Source: an uncultured Hyphomonas sp. | Lineage (GTDB): Bacteria > Pseudomonadota > Alphaproteobacteria > Caulobacterales > Hyphomonadaceae | Assembly: GCF_963678875.2 (NCBI RefSeq) | Contig: NZ_CAXXRR010000002.1 | Location: forward strand, 702,227-766,226 | DNA: 64,000 nucleotides | Direction: 5' to 3' | Part shown: positions 49,255-57,825 of the stretch, in pieces | Layout: every line of letters starts with the position of its first letter | Numbering within the stretch: position 1 is the first letter of the stretch | The notes under the pieces: model-generated | What the model saw: the letters and a program-made list of their open reading frames with translations, nothing else | Database searches by the model: none | Told to the model about the DNA's origin: nothing | Made by a program: the position numbers and the translations under genes

Positions 49255-50178
49255 TCAGATCGAAAGCCCCTTCGGCGCGAGGCGTTCGAGTTCCTCGATC
49301 GCCGCGGCCGGGGCCGGGATGGCCTTGCGGGCGTCGAGGTCCAGTGTGATGGCGGTCGCCTGGCTGGTGGCCCAGGGCTTGCCGGACACCGGGTCCATCA
49401 GCCAGTGGAACAGGCCATGGGTCTTGCCCTGTACGCCGCCAAGACCGGTATAGACTTCGAACCGGTCACCGGCTTCCGGCAGTCTGTGGTAGCGGATCCG
49501 GTATTCCAGCACGGCGGCGCCCATGCGCAGGCCGCCCGCGGCTGCCGCGACTTTCTTGCGCCAGTTGAACAGCAGGTTCGGGACAGAATCCGACACGCGG
49601 CCGATCACCCATGCCGGAGACATCCGTCCGTGTACGTCCAGGTGTTGCGGCGGGACGGCGCCCATGCCGATGCAGGCGATGCCGAGATCGCGCGGGGTTT
49701 CGATGGAGATTTCCTCAAAGGGCAGGCCGGGCGCGTCCGCGTCGATGGAGCGGGGCGCGGCTTCTTCCGGCGGTGTGTCCATATCGTCTGCCATGGCGGC
49801 GCGAACACTCTTGCCCCACGGAAAGGGTTCGCGGCCCGCCGTGTCGATATGCATGATCCGGGTCCGGAAGGCAGCGGCCAGCTGGCCGTCTGCATGGCGC
49901 AGTTCCTGGTAGACGATCGCGTCAGACTCGCCGACCTCGACCAGGCAGCCTTTCATACTGAGCGGACGTCCGGGCAGGACCTCGCGGACGAACCGGATAT
50001 GCTGGTCCACCGGCACGATGGTGGATGGTGAATTCTGCCGGAACGCGTGCGGCATGCCCAGCGAATGGGCAAAGACCGCAAGGCCTTCCATTTGCTTCTC
50101 GACATAGACGCGCACATTCATGTGCCCCATCTCGTCGCAATCCCACTGATTGCAGCTTCCCCGCCAAAGAGTTTTCAC
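49255..50178 (-). CDS. Double-hotdog acyl-CoA thioesterase family protein
   Basis: WDCDEMGHMNVRVY in the first domain and HLDVHGRM in the second. GTG start overlaps the Zur stop (GTGA). Confidence 0.8.
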   Translation of the reverse strand: MKTLWRGSCNQWDCDEMGHMNVRVYVEKQMEGLAVFAHSLGMPHAFRQNSPSTIVPVDQHIRFVREVLPGRPLSMKGCLVEVGESDAIVYQELRHADGQLAAAFRTRIMHIDTAGREPFPWGKSVRAAMADDMDTPPEEAAPRSIDADAPGLPFEEISIETPRDLGIACIGMGAVPPQHLDVHGRMSPAWVIGRVSDSVPNLLFNWRKKVAAAAGGLRMGAAVLEYRIRYHRLPEAGDRFEVYTGLGGVQGKTHGLFHWLMDPVSGKPWATSQATAITLDLDARKAIPAPAAAIEELERLAPKGLSI

Positions 50179-50660
50179 TGAGCACAATCCCTGCAGGTGC
50201 CGCGCACTTCCACAACGGCGCGGGACATATGGAAGCCTGCGGCTTCCGTTTCGGCTTTCAGCGCCGCATTGGTTGCCTCGGCGTGCAGTTCTTCGGCGCC
50301 GTGGCATTTTTCGCAGATCAGGAACACAGCCGAGTGGCGATGGCTGGCATGGCCGCAGGCGACATAGGCGTTCAGGCTCTCGATCTTGTGGGCAAGGCCG
50401 GTGTCCTGCAGGAAATCGAGCGCGCGATAGATCGTCGGCGGCTTGGCGGAGCCTTCGCCGTCGAGATTCGCGAGCAGGTCGTAGGCCTTGGCAGGCTCGG
50501 CGCTTTCCAGCAGCAGGCGCAGCACCTTGCGGCGGATTTTCGTCATCCGCTGGCCCTGGCGGGCAACCAGCGTTTCGGCTTCGTTCAGGAACGCGTCAAC
50601 GTCCTGCGGACTGCAGGGCGTATTGGCGTGAACATGGGAATGGCTGTGTGAGGCACTCAT
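50175..50660 (-). CDS. zur: Fur family regulator, Zur-like
   Basis: His-rich N-terminus, AKAYDLL, PPTIYRALDFL, HKIESLNAYVAC, CEKC and CRDC. Confidence 0.8.
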   Translation of the reverse strand: MSASHSHSHVHANTPCSPQDVDAFLNEAETLVARQGQRMTKIRRKVLRLLLESAEPAKAYDLLANLDGEGSAKPPTIYRALDFLQDTGLAHKIESLNAYVACGHASHRHSAVFLICEKCHGAEELHAEATNAALKAETEAAGFHMSRAVVEVRGTCRDCAQ

Positions 50661-50793
50661 GCGCCCAATGTCGTGTGTTTTGTCCACAATGTGAAGGGGC
50701 AAGCGCTGCCGTATCGCCCCCTGAAGGACTGGACGGAGTCCGCAAATCACCCGAGATTCTTGTCAAAGACGAAAATCCAAGGGGATGAACGGG

Positions 50794-51180
50794 ATGCAAT
50801 TGTCGGAGCGCGAAGGCCTTGAACTCTGGCGCCGGGCGGTCACCGCCTCGGTCCGCTCCGACGCGCCGGACCTGACGGCCCGCCAGCAAGCCATCCTGAT
50901 GACCATCGCCCTGTCACCCGGCCCGCACACGGTACGCGGACTGGCAGAACAGCTGAACATCGCCAAACCGGCCGTCACCCGCGCGCTGGATGCGCTGGAG
51001 CGCCTCGACTTCATCAAGCGCGTGCGCGACGAGGCGGACCTGCGGAACATCTTCCTGGAACGGCGCCCGGCAGGCATGACCTATCTTCGCCGGTTCGCCG
51101 GGCTTGTTCTTGCCGCAGCTTCCGGCAAGGATCAGGAAGCTGCCGCCAGCCCGAAAGCACGTAAGGCGTCGGCGGCGTAG
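50794..51180 (+). CDS. MarR family regulator, LdtR-like
   Basis: DAPDLTARQQAIL, PHTVRGLA, KPAVTRALD and RDEADLRN. Confidence 0.8.
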   Translation: MQLSEREGLELWRRAVTASVRSDAPDLTARQQAILMTIALSPGPHTVRGLAEQLNIAKPAVTRALDALERLDFIKRVRDEADLRNIFLERRPAGMTYLRRFAGLVLAAASGKDQEAAASPKARKASAA

Positions 51181-51201
51181 GACAACGCTGCGGGGCTTTT
51201 C

Positions 51202-52050
51202 ATGCCTGACTACAATGACACGCGACTGACACCGCCCGACAGGCCGTTTCGCCTGGTACAGGTGCGGGCGGGAAGTGTGCCGGTGCGCGAAGCCCCATTG
51301 CCGGATGCGCGCCTCGCCACCGAAGCCCTGTTTGGCGAAATTCTCGACGTCTTCGAAGAACAGCACGGTTTCGCGCTGGTACAGTGCCAGCGTGACCGTT
51401 ATGTCGGCTGGGTGCCGCTGGCCGGCCTGTCGGAGCGTCTGCTTGACCCGACCCACCGGATCACGGTGCCTCACACGCATGCCTATGCAGAACCGGACCT
51501 GAAATCGGCGCCGCGGCTGGTGCTGAGCCTTGGGGCGAAGGTCAGCGTGATTGCGGAAGAGGGCGACTGGCGGCACTGCCGGGACGCAGGCTGGGTCTAC
51601 CACCGCCATCTCGATGCCGTGACGGCGCAGGCAGAGGACCCTGTGAGCGTGGCGGAACAGTATATCGCCACGCCATATCTCTGGGGTGGCCGGTCGGGGC
51701 TTGGCCTGGATTGCACGGGCCTGACGCAGCAGTCTTTCGAAGCGGCGGGTGTCCTGCTGCCGCGCGACAGCGACATGCAATTCGCCTGGGCCGGTGAGGA
51801 TATTCCCGGCTGGCGTGACCCCGGCACTCTTCAGCGCGGCGACCTCGTCTTCTGGAAAGGCCATGTCGGCATCATGACTGATCCGGATCACCTCCTGCAC
51901 GCCAATGCATGGCATCTGGCTGTCGCGCGTGAGCCGCTGGACGGTGCAATTTCCCGGATCGCAAAGTATTACGCCGAGCCCATAGGGGCCCGGCGCATAC
52001 AGATATCTTCTGAAAGAGGGCCGGTACCGGCCTGGAAGACCGGCGCCTGA
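51202..52050 (+). CDS. NlpC/P60 (C40) peptidase with N-terminal SH3-like domains
   Basis: TEALFGE, DRYVGWV, PYLWGG...DCTGL, GDLVFWKGHVGI and LHAN. Confidence 0.92.
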   Translation: MPDYNDTRLTPPDRPFRLVQVRAGSVPVREAPLPDARLATEALFGEILDVFEEQHGFALVQCQRDRYVGWVPLAGLSERLLDPTHRITVPHTHAYAEPDLKSAPRLVLSLGAKVSVIAEEGDWRHCRDAGWVYHRHLDAVTAQAEDPVSVAEQYIATPYLWGGRSGLGLDCTGLTQQSFEAAGVLLPRDSDMQFAWAGEDIPGWRDPGTLQRGDLVFWKGHVGIMTDPDHLLHANAWHLAVAREPLDGAISRIAKYYAEPIGARRIQISSERGPVPAWKTGA

Positions 52051-52053
52051 GCC

Positions 52054-52884
52054 TTACTCGCCTTCTTCTTCGGTCGGCGTCGGGGCTTCTTCCTCAAGGG
52101 CCTCTTCAGCTGCTTCCATCGCAGCATCAGCTTCTTCGGCGATGGCGTCGGTGACGTCATCGACCGTTTCCGTCACTGCGTCAGCAGCGCCTTCAACGGC
52201 ATCTTCGACAGGCGTTGCGGCTTCTTCGCCTTCCGCCGGGGCCTCAGCACCGTCTTCAGCAGCCTCTGCGCCTTCGTCTTCACCGGCGGCCGGAAGCGGG
52301 TCCGGGAATGCCGGGGCATCCGGGGAGAAAGAGGTGAGGTAAGCGATCACGTTGATACGGTCCGGATCCTTGCGCAGGCCTGCGAAGGACATGGACGTGC
52401 CACGTGCATAGGAGCTTGGGTTTTCCAGCCAGTGGTTCAGGTCTTCATAAGTCCAGCTGCCGCCGATCTCGGTCAGGGCTGCGGAGTAGTTGAAGCCAGC
52501 ATGCTGGTGCTTGGCAGCGCCGACAACGCCGTAAAGGTTCGGGCCGGTACCGTTGGCGCCGCCTTCTTCAACCGTGTGGCAGGTCGTGCACTGGCCCTTG
52601 AAGGTGCGTTCGCCGCGCGAAATATCCGCAGCAGCGAGCAGGGCACCGAGGTCGAACACTTCTTCCTCTTCAGCTGCCGCGGCACCGCCGCCGGCAACTT
52701 CGACGCAGTAGGCGAATTGCTCGCACATCTGCTCCGACAGGGAGGTCGCCTCAGCGTGCTCTTCCCCGTGGTGGCCTTCTCCACCATGGGCAAACACCAC
52801 ATCAGAAAGCGTCTTGAGGCCAAAAAGGCCGAGTGCGGTCGCCAGCAGCGCTCCCATGATCTTGTTAAGACCGAGTTCCCCCAT
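52054..52884 (-). CDS. Membrane-anchored class I cytochrome c (CycM/c2-like) with acidic tail
   Basis: N-terminal TM, CTTCH haem motif, GPNLYGV, axial Met in GTSMSFAG and an Asp/Glu-rich C-terminus. Confidence 0.92.
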   Translation of the reverse strand: MGELGLNKIMGALLATALGLFGLKTLSDVVFAHGGEGHHGEEHAEATSLSEQMCEQFAYCVEVAGGGAAAAEEEEVFDLGALLAAADISRGERTFKGQCTTCHTVEEGGANGTGPNLYGVVGAAKHQHAGFNYSAALTEIGGSWTYEDLNHWLENPSSYARGTSMSFAGLRKDPDRINVIAYLTSFSPDAPAFPDPLPAAGEDEGAEAAEDGAEAPAEGEEAATPVEDAVEGAADAVTETVDDVTDAIAEEADAAMEAAEEALEEEAPTPTEEEGE

Positions 52885-53041
52885 GAGGATCTTCCTTCGA
52901 ATCTGTCTGGTCATAAGTCTTGGCGCGCGCCTTTTGGCACGCTAACGGGTGGCCCGCAATATAAAGGCTGCGCGACAGGGAAGCTTCCCCTGTTCGTCGC
53001 GGCGATCCGACGCAGCACGAAACGGGGTAGAGGCCGGAAAA

Positions 53042-53878
53042 ATGACGGGAAAAATCGCATATCAGGGCGAACCGGGGGCCAATTCGCACATCGCCTGCAA
53101 TCAGGCGTTTCCATCGCTGGAACCTCTGCCGTGCCGGACATTCGAGGATTGCTTTGCCGCCGTTGAAAAGGGTGAGGCGGATCTGGCCATGATTCCGGTC
53201 GAAAACACGATTGCCGGCCGGGTCAGCGATATTCACTCCCTTCTGCCGGGCACCAGCCTTCAGATCGTCGGTGAATACTACCTGCCGATCCGGTTCCAGC
53301 TGATGACCCTGCCGGGGGTGAAGCTGGGCGATGTCAAAAAGGCCCGGTCCCACATCATGGGGCTCGGCCAGTGCCGCAGGTTCCTGCGCGAGCACGGCAT
53401 CGATTCAGTGACATCATCGGATACGGCGGGCGCCGCCCGCGAAGTCGCCGAAAGCGGTGACCGGACCATCGCGGCCATCGCGCCGCGCCTCGCCGCAGAA
53501 GTCTACGGTCTCGAAATCCTCGCCGAGGACATCGAGGACGCGGCGCACAACACGACCCGCTTCGTGATCATGTCGCGCGAGCCGTCCGAGATCGAATTGG
53601 GGGACGGCCCGGCCAAGACGGCTTTCCTGTTCGAGGTACGCAACATTCCGGCGGCCCTGTTCAAGGTGCTGGGCGGGTTCGCCACCAACGGCATCAACAT
53701 GACCAAGCTGGAAAGCTACATGGTTGGCGGCAATTTCACCGCGACGCAGTTCTATGCCGAGATCGAAGGCCATCCGGATGAGCGGTCGGTCCAGCTGGCG
53801 CTGGAAGAGGTCGGCTTCTTCACCCAGATGATGAAACTGGTCGGCGTGTTCCCGGCAGCGGGCTACCGCGAAGGCTGA
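53042..53878 (+). CDS. pheA: Prephenate dehydratase
   Basis: YQGEPGANS, PVENTIAG, NTTRF, ACT domain NMTKLES. Confidence 0.95.
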   Translation: MTGKIAYQGEPGANSHIACNQAFPSLEPLPCRTFEDCFAAVEKGEADLAMIPVENTIAGRVSDIHSLLPGTSLQIVGEYYLPIRFQLMTLPGVKLGDVKKARSHIMGLGQCRRFLREHGIDSVTSSDTAGAAREVAESGDRTIAAIAPRLAAEVYGLEILAEDIEDAAHNTTRFVIMSREPSEIELGDGPAKTAFLFEVRNIPAALFKVLGGFATNGINMTKLESYMVGGNFTATQFYAEIEGHPDERSVQLALEEVGFFTQMMKLVGVFPAAGYREG

Positions 53879-53879
53879 C

Positions 53880-54773
53880 CTAACAGATCTGGATCTTTGA
53901 TTTCAGGCTGTCGGCAAGATGGTCTGCGAACAGCTTTGCCTTGCCGCGCAGCTTGCCCGCTGCCCAGACGGCGTGGATCGACAGGCTCTGTGTTTCCCAT
54001 TCAGGCAGGACACGCACAAGCGTGTTCGATCCGAGGCAGTTCGACACGAGCCAGCCCGGCGCCATCAGGATGCCGAGCCCATCCTCGGCGGCCTGTTGCA
54101 GGATCTCGCCGCCGGAGGCGCGGAACGGACCGTCCACCGTCACGTCTTCTTTCTGGTTGCCATTGGTCAGTGTCCAGATGGTCGACCGGGAGTGACGGAA
54201 GATCAGTGCGTCATGCCTGGCCAGGTCGGCCGGTGTTTGCGGCGTTCCCTTGCGCTCGAGGTAAGCAGGGGAGGCCCACAAGGCGCGCGGTGCTTCGGCG
54301 AGCTTCTTTGCCATCAGGCTTGAATCGGTCAACTCCCCCAGACGGAAGGCGAGATCGACGCCTTCGCCGACAATGTCCGTCAGGAAGTCATCCCCGATCA
54401 CATCGAACTTCACATGCGGGTAGATGCGCATGAAGCTTGCGATCTCCGGCGCGATCACATGGCGCGCGAAGGAGTGCGAGCAGGAGATGCGGAGCAGGCC
54501 GACAGGCTCATGCTCCAGACCGCGGGCTTCGGCTTCTGCCTCGTCATACTCGGCGAGAATGTCGACTGCGCGGCGATAAAAGCGTTCGCCGGCTTCGGTC
54601 AGGCTGAGCGCCCGCGTCGTGCGCAGGAACAGCATCGCATCGAGTTGACCTTCCAGGTCCTGGATACGGCGTGACACGGTTGGCTGCCCGATCCCGAGAT
54701 CGGCGGCGGCGCGCGAGAAGCTGCCGGCGTCCGCCACGCGGACGAACAGGCGCATTGCATCGATCCGGTCCAT
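53880..54773 (-). CDS. LysR family regulator
   Basis: FVRVADAGSFSRAAADLGIGQPTVSRRIQDLE and RTTRALSLTEAG. Confidence 0.95.
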   Translation of the reverse strand: MDRIDAMRLFVRVADAGSFSRAAADLGIGQPTVSRRIQDLEGQLDAMLFLRTTRALSLTEAGERFYRRAVDILAEYDEAEAEARGLEHEPVGLLRISCSHSFARHVIAPEIASFMRIYPHVKFDVIGDDFLTDIVGEGVDLAFRLGELTDSSLMAKKLAEAPRALWASPAYLERKGTPQTPADLARHDALIFRHSRSTIWTLTNGNQKEDVTVDGPFRASGGEILQQAAEDGLGILMAPGWLVSNCLGSNTLVRVLPEWETQSLSIHAVWAAGKLRGKAKLFADHLADSLKSKIQIC

Positions 54774-54953
54774 TCGAACCCCCCTTGCAGAACGAGCACG
54801 AATGTAGGGAAGGCGGCGCCATTCTGCGAGGGGGGGCAGGCGCATTTCCCGCCGGTGACCGGCGCACGAAACCGTGAGCGACGCTCACACGCCTTTGCTT
54901 TGCCCGTGTGCGGCCCCCCGTGAGACAAGCCGCGTCAAAGGGAGACGCAAACC

Positions 54954-55475
54954 ATGCTCGCAAGAATAAAGAATTACGCACCCACCGCCTACAGCCTGAT
55001 CGCCTCGGCCGTGTTCCTCGACAGCCTGCGGTTCAAGTTCACGAACGCCATCGAAACGCAGGTCATTTTTGGCCGGCTCGATGCCTGGGCCGCCAGCCTC
55101 GGCGCGCCGGGACTGTTCGCCCAGACGGGCCTGTTCAGCCAGTACGTGATCGGCTCGGCGGAACTTCTGGCCTCCACGCTGTTGCTGCTCGGGCTTTTCC
55201 CGGCATTGCGCCGGCTGCAGACGCTCGGCGCCCTGATCGCTGTGGCCGTGATGACCGGCGCGGTGAACTTCCATCTCTGGACGCCGCTCGGAATCGATCC
55301 GAACAATGATGGCGGCGGCCTGTTCTTCATGGCGGTGACGGTTTGGCTGACCTCGGTCGCGATGCTCTTCGCCCGCCGCCGGACGCTGTTCACCATCATG
55401 GCCGAACTGCGCGACGTGATCGTGCCGCCGATGGAAGCCCCCATGTCCTCCAAAACCCGCCAAGCACCTGCCTGA
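54954..55475 (+). CDS. DoxX-like membrane protein
   Basis: Four TM segments; FLDSLRFKF, IGSAEL and GAVNFHL pattern; divergent from LysR. Confidence 0.6.
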   Translation: MLARIKNYAPTAYSLIASAVFLDSLRFKFTNAIETQVIFGRLDAWAASLGAPGLFAQTGLFSQYVIGSAELLASTLLLLGLFPALRRLQTLGALIAVAVMTGAVNFHLWTPLGIDPNNDGGGLFFMAVTVWLTSVAMLFARRRTLFTIMAELRDVIVPPMEAPMSSKTRQAPA

Positions 55476-55544
55476 CGCGTCAGCCAGCCCCTCGGAAATG
55501 CCCCCACTGGCAACCTGCCTCTTTTCCTGAAAGGATCTGTTCAG

Positions 55545-56003
55545 ATGAAACTCCGCCCACTCTTCCTGGCAGCTTTCGTTGCCTTTGCACCGGTCGCCGC
55601 CATCGCGCCGGCTGCCCATGCTGAACCTGCGGTCTATACCGGCCGGTTCTCGAGTACTGCCCTTCAGGGCTATGACCCCGTGGCCTATTTCACCGAGGGC
55701 GAACCGGTGAAGGGATCAAAAGAATTCTCCACGGAGTATAATGGCGCGACCTTCCGCTTCGCCTCTGCCGCCAACCGCGACACGTTCCTCGCAGACCCGG
55801 CCGCCTATGCGCCGCAATATGGAGGCTATTGTGCGTGGGCCATGGCCGATGGCCAGTATGCCAAGGGCGACGCAAAGCACTGGAAGATCGTCGATGGGAA
55901 GCTCTATCTGAACTACAATTCCGGCATCCAGAAGAAATGGAATGCGGATATTCCGGGCTTCATCGAAAAGGCCGACACGCACTGGCAGGCATTGCAGGAA
56001 TAG
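55545..56003 (+). CDS. Secreted YHS domain-containing protein
   Basis: Signal peptide, GYDPVAYF, PQYGGYCAWAM and WKIVDGKLYLNY. Confidence 0.85.
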   Translation: MKLRPLFLAAFVAFAPVAAIAPAAHAEPAVYTGRFSSTALQGYDPVAYFTEGEPVKGSKEFSTEYNGATFRFASAANRDTFLADPAAYAPQYGGYCAWAMADGQYAKGDAKHWKIVDGKLYLNYNSGIQKKWNADIPGFIEKADTHWQALQE

Positions 56004-56041
56004 GCCACGCGTCCGCAGCAGGGCCGACTCCGGGAGGGTGG

Positions 56042-56071
56042 CTTAAATCTGAGTCATGACACAGGTTTAAG
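56042..56071. promoter_or_regulatory. 30-bp imperfect palindrome containing a GANTC site
   Basis: CTTAAATCTGAGTCATGACACAGGTTTAAG; 13 of 15 positions pair, centred on TCATGA with no loop. Confidence 0.5.
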
Positions 56072-56193
56072 TACCGTTCCGTCCGGGATCGATTACCTCT
56101 TTCGTTACCGGCGGTGCCCCAGCTCCAGACCCCACGGGTTCAAGTCCGCCGGACGAAATTGCGTGCAGTGTCCCCCTACGGCGCGCAAGGAAA

Positions 56194-56227
56194 GAAACCC
56201 CCGCACTGTCTGCCAGGCGGGGGTTTC
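56194..56227. terminator. Terminator-like hairpin
   Basis: GAAACCCCCGC-12 nt-GCGGGGGTTTC perfect 11-bp stem. Confidence 0.65.
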
Positions 56228-56252
56228 TCATATCGATCCGGAAAGTGCGCAC

Positions 56253-56290
56253 AAAAAAAAGCGGACGTGGTTTTTCCCGCGTCCGCTTTT
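56253..56290 (-). terminator. Intrinsic terminator of the histone-like gene
   Basis: Minus strand AAAAGCGGACG...CGTCCGC followed by T8. Confidence 0.8.
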
Positions 56291-56310
56291 CCTGGAACTT
56301 CTGGTCCGGC

Positions 56311-56619
56311 TTACTTTTTCTTCGCAGCCGGTTTCTTCGCAGCAGGCTTCTTTGCGGCGGCCGGCTTCTTTGCAGCAGGCTTGGCAGCTTTCGGAGCAGC
56401 TTTCTTCACGGCCGGCTTTGCAGCAGGTTTCTTGGCCGCCGGTTTCTTTGCAGCCGGTGCTTTCGCGACAGCTGGTTTCTTTGCTGCCGGTTTTTTGGCG
56501 GCAGCGGGTTTCGTTGCAGTCGCGGCCTTGGCGGCCGGTTTCTTCGCGACCGGCTTTTTCACGGCTGGCTTCTTTGCCGCCGGTTTTTTCGCAGCCGGTT
56601 TCTTCGTTGCAGTTGCCAT
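56311..56619 (-). CDS. Histone H1-like Lys/Ala/Pro-rich protein (KKPAA repeats)
   Basis: About 102 aa almost entirely A, K, P, T and V; GGAG-like RBS upstream; own strong terminator. Confidence 0.8.
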   Translation of the reverse strand: MATATKKPAAKKPAAKKPAVKKPVAKKPAAKAATATKPAAAKKPAAKKPAVAKAPAAKKPAAKKPAAKPAVKKAAPKAAKPAAKKPAAAKKPAAKKPAAKKK

Positions 56620-56724
56620 GTCCGATCTCCTGTCAGTGGCAAGTCTCAAAGTACTTTGATTCGCGCGAAATCAACTCCAGATTTTTGTCTGCAAGAAGAG
56701 CGGATACACGCCTTCCGTGTGCGG

Positions 56725-57648
56725 TCAATGACCTTTTTCAGACCATGCTTTCATGATGTGGTGGGCGATCGCCATTGGCGGCGGTCCGAAGATCTCTTCA
56801 TGGGAATGGTTCAGGATCCGGACCATCTCTTCGCGCGTGACCCATCGGGCTGTCTCGATCTCTTTCTCATCGATCGAAATGTCGAACCCATCCGCTTCGA
56901 GAATGAGGCCGACCATGAGCGAAGAAGGGAAGGGCCAGGGCTGGCACGCAATGTATTCTGCACTTGCTGCATCAGTAACGACGCCAGCTTCCTCGAAAAT
57001 TTCTCGCGCCGCGGCTTGTTCAATGGTTTCTCCGGGTTCGCAGAATCCGGCGAGGCAGGAATAGAATCCGGGTGGCCACATCTTCTGTCTTCCGATCAGG
57101 GCCTTGCCGTCCTTGACGGCCAGCATGATCGCGACCGGATCTGTCCGCGGGAAGTGTTCGGCGCCGCAAGACGGGCACTGCCGCTTCCATCCGGCTTCGA
57201 CCATTGCGCTTTCCAAACCGCATTTTGAGCAGAACCTGTGGCTCTGGTGCCACATGAAAATCGACCGCGCGGTCGATGCGCAGTTTGCATCCATCTCCGG
57301 AATCGATCCGGCGGCGGCACGGAAGTCGAGAAATTTGCCTGCGCCGGCGATCAGTGATCCCTCCAGATCGAAACGTTCGGGCAGGTCGATGGCGAACACC
57401 GGGGTGCCAGCCTTGTCTTCGCCCAGGAAGAGACGCGGCGAGCCCGGCGAGATCCGCTCGGCTTCCGGGCCCATCCAGACAAGCCCGCTGTCACGGCCCG
57501 GATGCACGAATGGCTCGCCATTCTTCATCAGCAGGACCAACACGTCTTCGCGCGCGAAAGCTTCTTCCAGCCAGGCTTCATCCAGCCGCCGGTGGGCGGC
57601 ACGGTCGATGGGCTTTGCCGCAAGCGGCATGTCATTGGAGTTGGTCAT
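56725..57648 (-). CDS. nudC: NAD(H) diphosphatase NudC
   Basis: CSKCG...CPSCG zinc site, FPRTDP, Nudix box GFCEPGETIEQAAAREIFEEAG and QPWPFP. Confidence 0.93.
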   Translation of the reverse strand: MTNSNDMPLAAKPIDRAAHRRLDEAWLEEAFAREDVLVLLMKNGEPFVHPGRDSGLVWMGPEAERISPGSPRLFLGEDKAGTPVFAIDLPERFDLEGSLIAGAGKFLDFRAAAGSIPEMDANCASTARSIFMWHQSHRFCSKCGLESAMVEAGWKRQCPSCGAEHFPRTDPVAIMLAVKDGKALIGRQKMWPPGFYSCLAGFCEPGETIEQAAAREIFEEAGVVTDAASAEYIACQPWPFPSSLMVGLILEADGFDISIDEKEIETARWVTREEMVRILNHSHEEIFGPPPMAIAHHIMKAWSEKGH

Positions 57649-57825
57649 ATGTCGGTCTCTGTCGCGGCACTTCTCATGATTTGAATCATTTCGATTATTT
57701 CTGCTCTCCGGGGGGAAGGGAAGGGCTGGAACCAATTGCCTGCCGCGGCCCCATAGCCAAACCCACCGATAACCTGTATCGGGCGCGGGAATTCCCCTTT
57801 CTTACCTCCCGAAAGCCTGCCGTCC

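Noticed and set aside
56135-56148. tRNA T-arm-like GGGTTCAAGTCC
   Set aside because: No acceptor, D or anticodon arms and no CCA, so it is not a tRNA or tmRNA piece.
56198-56209. CCCCCGCACTGT resembling the cobalamin riboswitch core
   Set aside because: The other conserved elements (GGGAA, GCCACTG, GACCTGCC) are absent, the motif forms one arm of a terminator hairpin, and no B12 gene lies downstream.
56311-56619. Periodic DNA repeats suggesting a CRISPR array or VNTR
   Set aside because: The periodicity is explained by degenerate codons of the KKPAA protein repeat. There are no constant repeats with unique spacers and no cas genes.
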